DNA of 64,000 nt from NCBI GenBank assembly GCA_963837955.1, contig CAWIPH010000002.1, forward strand, positions 448,001 to 512,000. The letters are read 5' to 3'. The first letter of the stretch is position 1; every line of letters starts with the position of its first letter. This document shows, one piece after another, positions 41,420 to 49,946 of the stretch. Below the pieces are notes generated by a model. It was given only the letters and a program-made list of their open reading frames with translations. It searched no databases and had not been told where the DNA came from. This stretch comes from an uncultured Verrucomicrobiae bacterium. Lineage in GTDB: Bacteria > Verrucomicrobiota > Verrucomicrobiia > Chthoniobacterales > JAFAMB01. Position numbers and translations under genes: made by a program.

Positions 41420-42657
41420 GCGAGATGAACGAACAAGGCTTTCGACGTGCGACAGCGGAACGCAAGCGACCCAAGCGTTCTAAGAAACATTTAGCTGCTG
41501 TCCGAAAATCTTCGAGAGGCGCGAAGGACGGGGCGCTCCAGACTCTCTTCCTTCTGGAGGAAGCTCGAAGCTGGCTCGAGCAGTTTCATTCCGAGAAAGG
41601 CCAGACGGATGCCTTCGCCGCTCGCTGGAGGGAAGTCCGAGGACAAATCCAAGATTTGGGAGTCTACGCGCTCACTAGTGAAGAGTTGAAATATGGAGCT
41701 CAGGTCGCCTGGCGCAACAGCACGCGCTGCGTTGGCCGATTGAGTTGGGACAGCCTAGTGGTGAGGGACTGTCGTCAGTTGGATACGGCGGAGAAGGTGT
41801 TCGCTGCACTCGTTGAGCATATTCAACAATCAACTAACCAGGGGCGGATTACTCCCCTGATCTCGATTTTCGCTCCCGAGTCGAGTAGCGGACCGAAAGT
41901 GCGGATTTGGAATCGTCAATTGATAGGCTATGCCGGCTATCGCCAACCCGACGGTTCAATCGTCGGAGATCCACTGAACACGGATTTCACGGAATATGCT
42001 CAAAAGCTTGGATGGAACGGCCAAAAGTCGGGTCGCTTCGATTTGTTGCCTATCGTGATTGAATTGAACGGCGAGCTGCGCTGGTTTGATCTCCCGCGCG
42101 ATCTCATCTGTGAGGTTGCTATCCGGCATCCTTTTTACGATTGGTTTGAAGAACTCGATCTGAAATGGTTTGCTCTTCCGGCGGTTTCGGGGATGCGCCT
42201 CGAGATTGGTGGCCTATCGTTTCCAGCCGCTCCGTTCAGCGGCTGGTATGTTGGATCCGAAGTCGGCGCGCGTGACTTAGCGGATGTGAATCGATACAAC
42301 GCGTTGCCGGAAATCGCTCAGCGTCTCGGACTCGACACCCAGTCTGATCGCAACTTGTGGAAAGATCGGGCTTTGATTGAGTTAAATGCCGCAGTCCTAT
42401 GGTCCTTTAGTCAAGCCCGCGTAGCCATCGTCGATCATCACACTGTTACGCGTCAGTTCATGGCTCACGACAAGAGGGAAGCACAAGCTGGGCGCTGTGT
42501 TTATGCGGACTGGAGTTGGATCGTTCCGCCCATATCCGGCGGGACTACGCCTGTTTTCCATCGTAAATTTAAGAACCGGACGCAGAAGCCCAACTTCTTC
42601 CCGCAACCGACTCCTTGGCCGAAGCCCAGCATCGGTTCCTGTCCGTATGCACATTGA
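41416..42657 (+). CDS. nos: Nitric oxide synthase oxygenase (stand-alone bacterial type)
   Basis: Heme-thiolate motif AWRNSTRCVGR, RIWNRQLIGYAGY, FDLLP, PFSGWYVGSEVGARD, LWKDRAL, IVDHHT, ADWSWIVPP. Confidence 0.95.
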   Translation: MSEMNEQGFRRATAERKRPKRSKKHLAAVRKSSRGAKDGALQTLFLLEEARSWLEQFHSEKGQTDAFAARWREVRGQIQDLGVYALTSEELKYGAQVAWRNSTRCVGRLSWDSLVVRDCRQLDTAEKVFAALVEHIQQSTNQGRITPLISIFAPESSSGPKVRIWNRQLIGYAGYRQPDGSIVGDPLNTDFTEYAQKLGWNGQKSGRFDLLPIVIELNGELRWFDLPRDLICEVAIRHPFYDWFEELDLKWFALPAVSGMRLEIGGLSFPAAPFSGWYVGSEVGARDLADVNRYNALPEIAQRLGLDTQSDRNLWKDRALIELNAAVLWSFSQARVAIVDHHTVTRQFMAHDKREAQAGRCVYADWSWIVPPISGGTTPVFHRKFKNRTQKPNFFPQPTPWPKPSIGSCPYAH

Positions 42658-42739
42658 CTGGGCGTAGAAATCCGCGCCTGGTGTGGCGGCAATCTTAGTA
42701 AGCGTTGCCAACTTCTCAGAACGAACCGTAACCGTGCGC

Positions 42740-42962
42740 GGGTAGGGCGATACAGTCCGGCAAACGCCGCGTATGGTAGGGTGCTGTGCAGGGCCGGACT
42801 GTGAGCCTTTGCCAGCCCCTCGTGTGGCTTACACGTCTCATTCGCTGTCGCTCAACGACGGGCCGCCGCCTCTGCGCTTTGGCGCGCCCTAGCTGTGCGT
42901 CTGAGGAACGCCATGGCGTTGGCCGCGACGTAGGCTTTGCGGAGTCGGGTTTCGCCCTACCC
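42740..42962. repeat. GTAG-type REPIN-like element
   Basis: GGGTAGGGCGA at 42740 and TCGCCCTACCC ending at 42962, with internal inverted segments (acagtccggc/gccggactgt). Confidence 0.6.
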
Positions 42963-43013
42963 ATCAGGATACCTGCCACATCACTGGTTCATCTCGGTCT
43001 TTGCGATCTGGTG

Positions 43014-43840
43014 CTATTTGTCTTTCTTCTGTGTCGGAGCGACGCGGTTAATCCATTCATCAAGGCGCTTCAACATGAGCGAAAGGTGCTCGACGATGCG
43101 AGGGGAGAGATCGCCCGCGAGTGAACACAACTTCGTTACATCTTCCAAGGCTCCTTCTGGTAAGCCGGGTAAATCAGCCATGTAAGTTAGAAGCCGTTTT
43201 TCCCCAGGATGATAGCGACCGTTCACCGCGAAAAGATATCGGTGTAGCTTGCGATCCAGACTGCGGTTCGATGGTTCAAGCTAATCATGTCGCGGCGCGC
43301 GATTGCCGCCTTCATCTGCACGAGATAGCACGATTGCATTCCGCCCCCCAGGACCGGACGATTTCTCGCGATGATGGACCGTCTAAGCTGTTCCGGAAAC
43401 GGTTCCCGTAAACGCGCCTGGATAGAGCTCAACCATTCGCGTGCGTCATAAAGTATGAACCCATTGGCGATGCCGAAGCAGTACGCAGTCGTATATCCCA
43501 GTAGCGCCGAGTTACGGTTCAGCCGCTGATCAATCTCGGCCATCGCGTACCCGCAATCGCGGTACATCGAATTGCAATGGCGAGCCGATTCGATCCATTC
43601 ATCTTCTAACTCCCAGAAGGTATGATTCAGCTGATATTCCGTTGCTCGCTTTGCGATAACCGCTTCCCTTGCCTCAACTGGAACCGGAGCGTGCGTGTAC
43701 ACGTAAAGGTCGAAATCAGAATAGGTGTCCGCGACGCCCATCGCGGTCGAACCGCACCAGGCGACTGCTTCGACTCCATTGATAGCGCCGAACGCATTAG
43801 CGATTTCCCGCAAAAACGAAGGGACGGTTGGTTCGTTCAT
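43014..43840 (-). pseudogene. DUF4037-like nucleotidyltransferase, split by a single frameshift (or sequencing error)
   Basis: GSTAMGVADTYSDFDLYVY nucleotidyltransferase motif; the frame ends at SYTDI and continues as FAVNGRYHPGEKRLL in the adjacent frame at about 43231. Confidence 0.75.
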
Positions 43841-43919
43841 CGTTAGATTATGAAGATAGAGGCTGGGCGAACATAACCAATCGCCGATATGTGCTATTTG
43901 GGATCTGCTGTTGATCGAA

Positions 43920-43945
43920 GTAGCCTGATCCTCCTGGCTCAGGAA
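43920..43945 (+). repeat. Single REP, GTAGCCTGA family
   Basis: 26/26 identical to 13568-13593. Confidence 0.75.
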
Positions 43946-43956
43946 TTCAGGGTGCA

Positions 43957-45081
43957 ATGATTTGCTGGATGGAATGGTTTATCGTTTTTGGCTCGCTCGC
44001 CTGGATCGGGCTGATCGTGCTGCCCTGGCGCCCATGGAGCACAAGGGAGCAGCTGGAAACAACCGATCAGAAATCCGTCAAAAACGACCTCACCGATATT
44101 TCGGTTTTGATCCCGGCGCGTAACGAAGAAGAGACCATTGAACGAACATTGCGCGGACTGCAAAGCCAAGGACGGGCCCTCAAAATTTTTCTAATCGATG
44201 ATCAATCGAGCGACGGAACGATAGCGATGGCCGAAGCCCTCGGTTTGCCGAACCTCATAATCGTCCAGGGTCAAGAGCTCCCCACTGCTTGGACTGGTAA
44301 GCTCTGGGCTTTAGAGCAGGGTCGGGTATCTGCGTGCTCCGAACTGTTGCTCCTACTCGATGCGGACATCGAACTTGCGCCCGATTTTGTGCGAACGCTG
44401 CGACACAAGCTAGTATCGGAAAATCTGGATCTTGTATCGATCATGGCCACGCTTCGAACCGAGGATTTTTGGGAAAAATGGCTCGCTCCAGCGTTTGTCT
44501 TTTTCTTCAAACTTATTTATCCCTTTTCGCGCGGTAACAATCCAAGAAGCCGGCTGGGTGTTGCGGCCGGTGGTTGCATCCTGCTCCGCGCGCAAATGCT
44601 TGCGGTAATCGGGGGATTCGAATCGGCCCGTGGCGCCGTGATTGATGATTGCTCGCTGGCGAGAAGGGTGAAAGATGCCGGCGGTAAGACCTGGATCGGG
44701 TTGAGCCGATGCGTCAGAAGTCATCGGCGCTACCCGAAGTTAGCAGATTTCTGGGTGATGGTAGCGCGCACAGCGTATACGCAACTGGGGTACTCTGTGG
44801 CGATGTTGTTGGTGACCACCTGTTTAATGTTGGTGGTCTTTTGGGGTCCCTGTTTGGCCATTATCACAACTTCTTGGACCTTAAAAACGCTGGCAGTCGC
44901 CGGCTGCTGCTGCATGTTTTACGCCTACTGGCCAACGGTTCGATTTTATCAGCTCTCACCGGCCTGGGTGTTAACGCTACCCGTCATTGCTATCCTTTAT
45001 CTATTGATGACATGGTCGTCGGCGTTCGCCTATTGGCGAGGGCGACGTTCCGTATGGAAAGGCCGAGTCTACGCCCGCTGA
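43957..45081 (+). CDS. hpnB: GT2 glycosyltransferase, hopanoid-associated HpnB-like
   Basis: IPARNEE, DDQSSDGT, WTGKLWALEQG, LDAD, PAFVFFF, AAGGCIL, IDDCSLA, MVARTAYTQL, WKGR. Confidence 0.78.
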   Translation: MICWMEWFIVFGSLAWIGLIVLPWRPWSTREQLETTDQKSVKNDLTDISVLIPARNEEETIERTLRGLQSQGRALKIFLIDDQSSDGTIAMAEALGLPNLIIVQGQELPTAWTGKLWALEQGRVSACSELLLLLDADIELAPDFVRTLRHKLVSENLDLVSIMATLRTEDFWEKWLAPAFVFFFKLIYPFSRGNNPRSRLGVAAGGCILLRAQMLAVIGGFESARGAVIDDCSLARRVKDAGGKTWIGLSRCVRSHRRYPKLADFWVMVARTAYTQLGYSVAMLLVTTCLMLVVFWGPCLAIITTSWTLKTLAVAGCCCMFYAYWPTVRFYQLSPAWVLTLPVIAILYLLMTWSSAFAYWRGRRSVWKGRVYAR

Positions 45082-45205
45082 CGTTAGGGTGGGTCCGATC
45101 TCACGCTAAGACGCAAAGCATGAAGACCTTCCTCATCGCATCCATTGGCAGGCTCCTCTTGGTACCATAATGATGAACAATCCTGGATGCGCCGGGTAAC
45201 CAAAA

Positions 45206-45233
45206 TTTGCTATTTGCTATCGGCTATTGATTA
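45206..45233 (+). repeat. Heptamer array TTTGCTA/TCGGCTA
   Basis: Four units; same unit family as 59408-59451. Confidence 0.6.
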
Positions 45234-45301
45234 TTTTGGGCCTCTAAGGGCCCAAATTCCCCTTGCCAAAGTCGGCTTAGCGCATACTTTCCGGGCTCTT
45301 T

Positions 45302-45511
45302 ATGCCAAAGCCGATTGCAAGACGCAAAACGAAGAAAGCAGTGGCGAAACGCTTTAAAGTCACTGGGACGGGCAAGGTTCTACGGAGCCACGCTGGAAAG
45401 CGTCACCTTCTCGCGTCGAAAAACGCTAAGCGCAAACGACACTTGGCGAAGACCGCGGTGCTGGATGCAACCGACGAGGCACGGATCAAAGATAATTTGC
45501 CGTTTGCTTAG
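45302..45511 (+). CDS. rpmI: 50S ribosomal protein L35
   Basis: KTKKAVAKRFKVTGTGK, HLLASK; precedes rplT. Confidence 0.95.
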   Translation: MPKPIARRKTKKAVAKRFKVTGTGKVLRSHAGKRHLLASKNAKRKRHLAKTAVLDATDEARIKDNLPFA

Positions 45512-45631
45512 ATAGAACAGATTGCTACCCACCTGCCTCGAAAGCGAGGCTACCGTGACAGGTGAGGTCGGGGAGCAGAAAATAGAAAAACAGCCTGTCC
45601 ACGAGGATGCCGTTTAAGCGGCACAGAAGAA

Positions 45632-46003
45632 ATGCCAAGAGCAACTAATGCTCCAGCAAGCAGAGAACGTCGTAAAAGAGTTTTAGACAAGGCCAAGGGT
45701 TACCGAGGTCGCCGGTCCAAACTTTTCCGGTACGCGAAAGACGCGACCATGAAGGGAAAGTATTGGGCCTATCGAGATCGCAAGACACGGAAACGCAATT
45801 TTCGCAATCTGTGGATCCTGCGGATCAACGCAGTCTGCCGGGAAATGGGGACTACTTACAGCCGATTTATGGAAGGTCTGGCAGCAGCTCAAATCGAGAT
45901 CGATCGAAGGGCATTGGCCGATCTTGCAGTGACAGATCAGGCGGCTTTCAAAGCGATTTTCCAAAAAGCGGCCGACGCTTTGGAAAAGAAAAGAGCGGCG
46001 TAG
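45632..46003 (+). CDS. rplT: 50S ribosomal protein L20
   Basis: AKGYRGRRS, AYRDRKTRKRNFRNLWILRINA. Confidence 0.97.
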   Translation: MPRATNAPASRERRKRVLDKAKGYRGRRSKLFRYAKDATMKGKYWAYRDRKTRKRNFRNLWILRINAVCREMGTTYSRFMEGLAAAQIEIDRRALADLAVTDQAAFKAIFQKAADALEKKRAA

Positions 46004-46015
46004 CCCAACATCTTC

Positions 46016-46076
46016 GGTAGGGACGAGCGCCTGCTCGTCCGTTTATTGGGTAGACGAGCGGCAGCTCGTCCTTACC
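46016..46076. repeat. REP doublet (GTAGGGACGAGC family)
   Basis: GGTAGGGACGAGCGCCTGCTCGTCC ... GACGAGCGGCAGCTCGTCCTTACC. Confidence 0.75.
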
Positions 46077-46090
46077 ATTAACTTGACGCT

Positions 46091-47107
46091 ATGGACACGG
46101 AGTTGGGTACCCTGCAGAGCGAAGCGCTGGCCGAAATCGCAAACGCACACAACGTGATCGAACTGGATCAGGTGCGCGTTAAGTATTTGGGGCGGAGCGG
46201 ACTTGTCTCCAAACTAAGCGAGAGTATGCGCTCTTTGCCGAAAGAAGAGCGTCCTCGCATAGGAAAGCTGTTGAACGAGGCACGATCGGCCCTCGATCGT
46301 GCTCTGACGGAGAAGTCCGAGGCGTTTGCTGCGATGCAGGATCTAGCCGCTCTCGACGACTTAGACGAAACGTTACCTGCGACTCCGGTTCGGGTGGGGG
46401 CTTTGCATCCGCTCACGCAACTCCAAGATCAGGCGATCCGGATCTTCCGGCGTTTAGGGTTCACGATGGCGGCGGGACCGGACATCGAAACCGAATGGCA
46501 CTGTTTTGATGCCCTGAATACGCCGCCAAATCACCCTGCTCGGAACGAATCGGATACCTTTTATTTCGCAGATGGCCGGCTTCTCCGAACCCACACCTCG
46601 ACCGTCCAAATTCGAACGATGACCGCGGCTGCGCCGCCGATAAGGGTCATCGCTCCGGGCGCTGCCTATCGGCGGGACGAGATGGACGCTACCCACCTGA
46701 GCCAATTTAACCAATTAGAGGGGCTCTACGTTGATCAAAACGTCACCGTTGCCGATCTGAAGGGGACGCTCGAATACTTTGTGCGCGAGTTGCTCGGAGC
46801 CGAAGTCGAAACGCGGATGCGGCCCCATTTTTTCCCTTTTACGGAGCCAAGTTTTGAAATGGATGTGCGTCTGCCAGGTGTCAACGTCGGTAAATGGATG
46901 GAGCTTTTGGGCTGTGGCATGGTTCATCCGGCGGTCTTTGAGCAGGTGAACGAGCGTCGTCGCGATCAGGCCTATGATCCCGAGGCCTGGACGGGCTATG
47001 CATTTGGAATGGGTCTTGATCGATTAGCGATGGCGCTCTTTGGCTTACCGGACATCCGTCTTCTCATCGAGAACGACCAGCGTTTCTTAGCTCAGTTCAG
47101 CTCATGA
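46091..47107 (+). CDS. pheS: Phenylalanine--tRNA ligase alpha subunit
   Basis: FDALN.P.NHPAR, LRTHTS, FPFTEPS, GYAFGMGLDR. Confidence 0.97.
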   Translation: MDTELGTLQSEALAEIANAHNVIELDQVRVKYLGRSGLVSKLSESMRSLPKEERPRIGKLLNEARSALDRALTEKSEAFAAMQDLAALDDLDETLPATPVRVGALHPLTQLQDQAIRIFRRLGFTMAAGPDIETEWHCFDALNTPPNHPARNESDTFYFADGRLLRTHTSTVQIRTMTAAAPPIRVIAPGAAYRRDEMDATHLSQFNQLEGLYVDQNVTVADLKGTLEYFVRELLGAEVETRMRPHFFPFTEPSFEMDVRLPGVNVGKWMELLGCGMVHPAVFEQVNERRRDQAYDPEAWTGYAFGMGLDRLAMALFGLPDIRLLIENDQRFLAQFSS

Positions 47108-49455
47108 AACTTTCGTTGCGTTGGTTGGCTGAATACTTGCCGGACCTGAAAAAGTCCGCCGAAGAAATCATTGAGGCTCTCACGTTCACCGGAGTCGAAG
47201 TGGAAGGCGTCGAGAGCCGAGGCGGCGAGTATCCGAAAATAGTCGTGGCTCAGATTAAGTCGTTTCAACAGCATCCTAACGCCGACCGGTTAAGTGTCTG
47301 CCTGGTGGACGATGGAAGTTCTGCAAGTCGCCAGATCGTTTGCGGCGCGAAAAATTTCAAAGCTCTTGATAAAGTTCCGCTCGCGTTGCCCGGTGCGGTA
47401 TTGCCGGACGGCCTGAAAATTAAGGCCAGCAAGCTACGCGGGGTTGAATCCGAGGGAATGCTCTGTAGTGCCAAGGAATTAGGTTTGGCGGAGGACGCCT
47501 CCGGCTTGATGATTCTTTCGGCTGATGCACCAATCGGCAAACCCCTATCAGAACTGTTTCCCACCGATACCATTCTGGATCTCGAGGTTACCCCGGATCG
47601 TCCCGATTTGCTTAGCTATCGCGGGATCGCGCGCGAACTCGCCGTGATCTTTCGTGTTTCCGCTCCGGAGGAGACGAGAAGAGAGGATCCAAAAGTAGTC
47701 ATTGATCCTGACCGGGTCCGCATTGCCGCACCTGATGCGTGTCCGTTCGTTAGTTTTCAGGAGATTCGTGGCGTCAAGATTGGACCGAGCCCGGCCTGGC
47801 TGAGTTCGAGACTATCTGCTGCGGGGATACGCCCCATCAACAATGTGGTCGACATCACGAACTACGTGATGTTCGAGACCGGCAAACCGCTCCACGCCTA
47901 TGACCTCGCCCATGTGGAAGGTGGTATCGAGGTAAGGATGGCCGAGAACGGAGAACAGCTTTTGGCATTGGATGGGAAATCGTACGAATTGAATCGATCT
48001 CATCTAGTCATCGCCGACCAGCGAAAGGTCATTGGGATCGCTGGTGTCATGGGGGGCGAAGAAACTGGCGTTACCGATCAAACCTCCGACATTCTGTTGG
48101 AAAGTGCCTATTTTGCACCCGCGATTGTCCGCACTATGAGTCGGGGCTTGGGGCTTATTTCGGATGCCAGTTATCGATTCGAACGTGGGACCGACCCGGC
48201 TTCAGTTCTGCCCTCCGCCATGCGCGCCATCGATCTGATTTTGGAAGTCGCTGGAGGAAAAACGGTTGGCCCGATTGCCGTTGCCGGTCAATCGCCGGCC
48301 GCGCCAGAGCCTGTCTTGTTTCGACAAGGACGTTGCGACGCCCTCCTCGGCATCCCAGTCCCGGATGCGACTAAGCTGCTCGAACGAATCGGACTCAAAT
48401 CAGTCGGGAAAGAGCGGTGGCAAGTACCTACCTACCGTCCTGACCTGCGCCGAGAAGTTGATTTGATCGAAGAGGTTTGCCGCTATCACGGTATCCAGAA
48501 GATTCCGGGGCATCTTTCGGGGCGCGCGACACCGAGCTCGACCGTCGACCATGACCACGATCGAGAATTACGACTGCGCCGCCGATTAGCTGGGCTTGGC
48601 TTACTGGAAGCGCGCAGCTTGGTCCTCGTGGACGAAGGAGCGCTGGAGGAATCGCTGTTTCCCACCCAAAATGTTTTTCGCTTAAAGAATCCCTTGGCTG
48701 ACGATCAAAAGATACTTCGGCCTTCCTTGCTTTCTGGGTTGCTACGTTCTGCCGAGCGAAACTTCAATCGCGGGCTGAGTAGCGTCGCCCTTTTCGAAAT
48801 TGGCCGCGTATTTCACCCTGAGGGGAACGAAGAGCCGACTCACATCGGAATTCTCTTGGCCGGCGAGAACTCCGCACCGTCTTGGAATCAGCATCCTCGA
48901 CCTTTCGACCTGTTTGATTTGAAGGCATTTGTTCAACAAGTGGTCAACGGCGAGATTCATCTTCGTCGAACCGAGCCGAACCGATTAGCCGCATTAATTT
49001 GTGACGTAACGGGAGCGGATGCTTCGGTGCTTGGAAGCCTCGGCCAGTTGCGTCCTACCAGGGCGCGAGATTTCGGCTCGCGTTATCCGGTGTTTGTGGC
49101 GGAGTTGGCATTGACCGCCGATCGGAACTCCCAGCCGTTTCGATTGCGCGCCCTCGACCGATTTCCCTCGGTGACGCGCGATATCGCATTTCTGGCGGTA
49201 AGAGATTTGAAGTTTGCCAAAGTGCTGGAAACGCTGAAGTCGGGCAATGAACCGCTCCTGGCGGATATCCAAATCTTCGATCTCTTTGTCGATCCGTCGG
49301 GACAAAAAATTCCGAAAGATCGCAAATCGATCGCCTGCAGTTTGACATATCGTGCGTCCGACCGCACCCTCACCCAGGATGAGGTGAACGCGGCGCATCA
49401 GCGACTTAAAAAGTTGCTAGTTGATCGCCTCGGCGTGACACTTCGCGAATCATAG
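47104..49455 (+). CDS. pheT: Phenylalanine--tRNA ligase beta subunit
   Basis: HPNADRL, IVCGAKN, TPDRPD, INNVVDITNY, RFERG, FPSVTRD. Confidence 0.97.
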   Translation: MKLSLRWLAEYLPDLKKSAEEIIEALTFTGVEVEGVESRGGEYPKIVVAQIKSFQQHPNADRLSVCLVDDGSSASRQIVCGAKNFKALDKVPLALPGAVLPDGLKIKASKLRGVESEGMLCSAKELGLAEDASGLMILSADAPIGKPLSELFPTDTILDLEVTPDRPDLLSYRGIARELAVIFRVSAPEETRREDPKVVIDPDRVRIAAPDACPFVSFQEIRGVKIGPSPAWLSSRLSAAGIRPINNVVDITNYVMFETGKPLHAYDLAHVEGGIEVRMAENGEQLLALDGKSYELNRSHLVIADQRKVIGIAGVMGGEETGVTDQTSDILLESAYFAPAIVRTMSRGLGLISDASYRFERGTDPASVLPSAMRAIDLILEVAGGKTVGPIAVAGQSPAAPEPVLFRQGRCDALLGIPVPDATKLLERIGLKSVGKERWQVPTYRPDLRREVDLIEEVCRYHGIQKIPGHLSGRATPSSTVDHDHDRELRLRRRLAGLGLLEARSLVLVDEGALEESLFPTQNVFRLKNPLADDQKILRPSLLSGLLRSAERNFNRGLSSVALFEIGRVFHPEGNEEPTHIGILLAGENSAPSWNQHPRPFDLFDLKAFVQQVVNGEIHLRRTEPNRLAALICDVTGADASVLGSLGQLRPTRARDFGSRYPVFVAELALTADRNSQPFRLRALDRFPSVTRDIAFLAVRDLKFAKVLETLKSGNEPLLADIQIFDLFVDPSGQKIPKDRKSIACSLTYRASDRTLTQDEVNAAHQRLKKLLVDRLGVTLRES

Positions 49456-49491
49456 TTCTTTCAATTTTGGCCCTTCTCCGGAAGGGACAGA

Positions 49492-49678
49492 TTTTGCCCT
49501 GCGGTGTTCGGGATTCCTGGCCAATGCCCCAAACCCGATATGATTAGTCCCATGGAGGCTAGGTTGTGCGCGATTTAATGACAGGCCTTGATTGGAAGTC
49601 AGCGAGCGCGCCAACGGTTATCCACCCTTGTCTCAAGGGGAATGGGAGCTTCGCCAAAACGGCACTGGCGGGGCAAAC
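49492..49678 (+). ncRNA. ssrS: Probable 6S RNA
   Basis: About 187 nt; ends pair (TTTGCCCTGC.GGTG / CACTGGCGGGGCAAA); CCCTG-GGTGTTC 5' and CCACC...AACGGCAC 3' motifs typical of 6S; downstream of pheT and followed by a terminator. Confidence 0.72.
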
Positions 49679-49683
49679 ACTTG

Positions 49684-49723
49684 GAAAGGGCGTTCCCTGT
49701 GGGGGACGCCCTTTCTTTTTTTT
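49684..49723 (+). terminator. Rho-independent terminator after the 6S candidate
   Basis: GAAAGGGCGTTCCC stem pairing with GGGGACGCCCTTTC, followed by a T8 tract. Confidence 0.85.
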
Positions 49724-49946
49724 GTCCTAACCTAATGCATTATAGCGCGGGTATTCTGCGACAAGGCAACGAATACCCGAGGATCGGAGGGGAGCCGCTT
49801 GCGGCTCCCGAGAATGACCGATGGTTCTGCCCCGAAGGGATTCTTCTGCTGCCCCTCCAGCACGACCAACCCGCGGTGAGGGTGTTTTTCCGAGTGGACG
49901 CTCTGATCTAGCGCCTTATGAGCGCATACCGGGTCCTGCCGAAAGA

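Noticed and set aside
49588..49911. 107-aa ORF after pheT
   Set aside because: Overlaps the 6S RNA candidate and crosses a strong terminator
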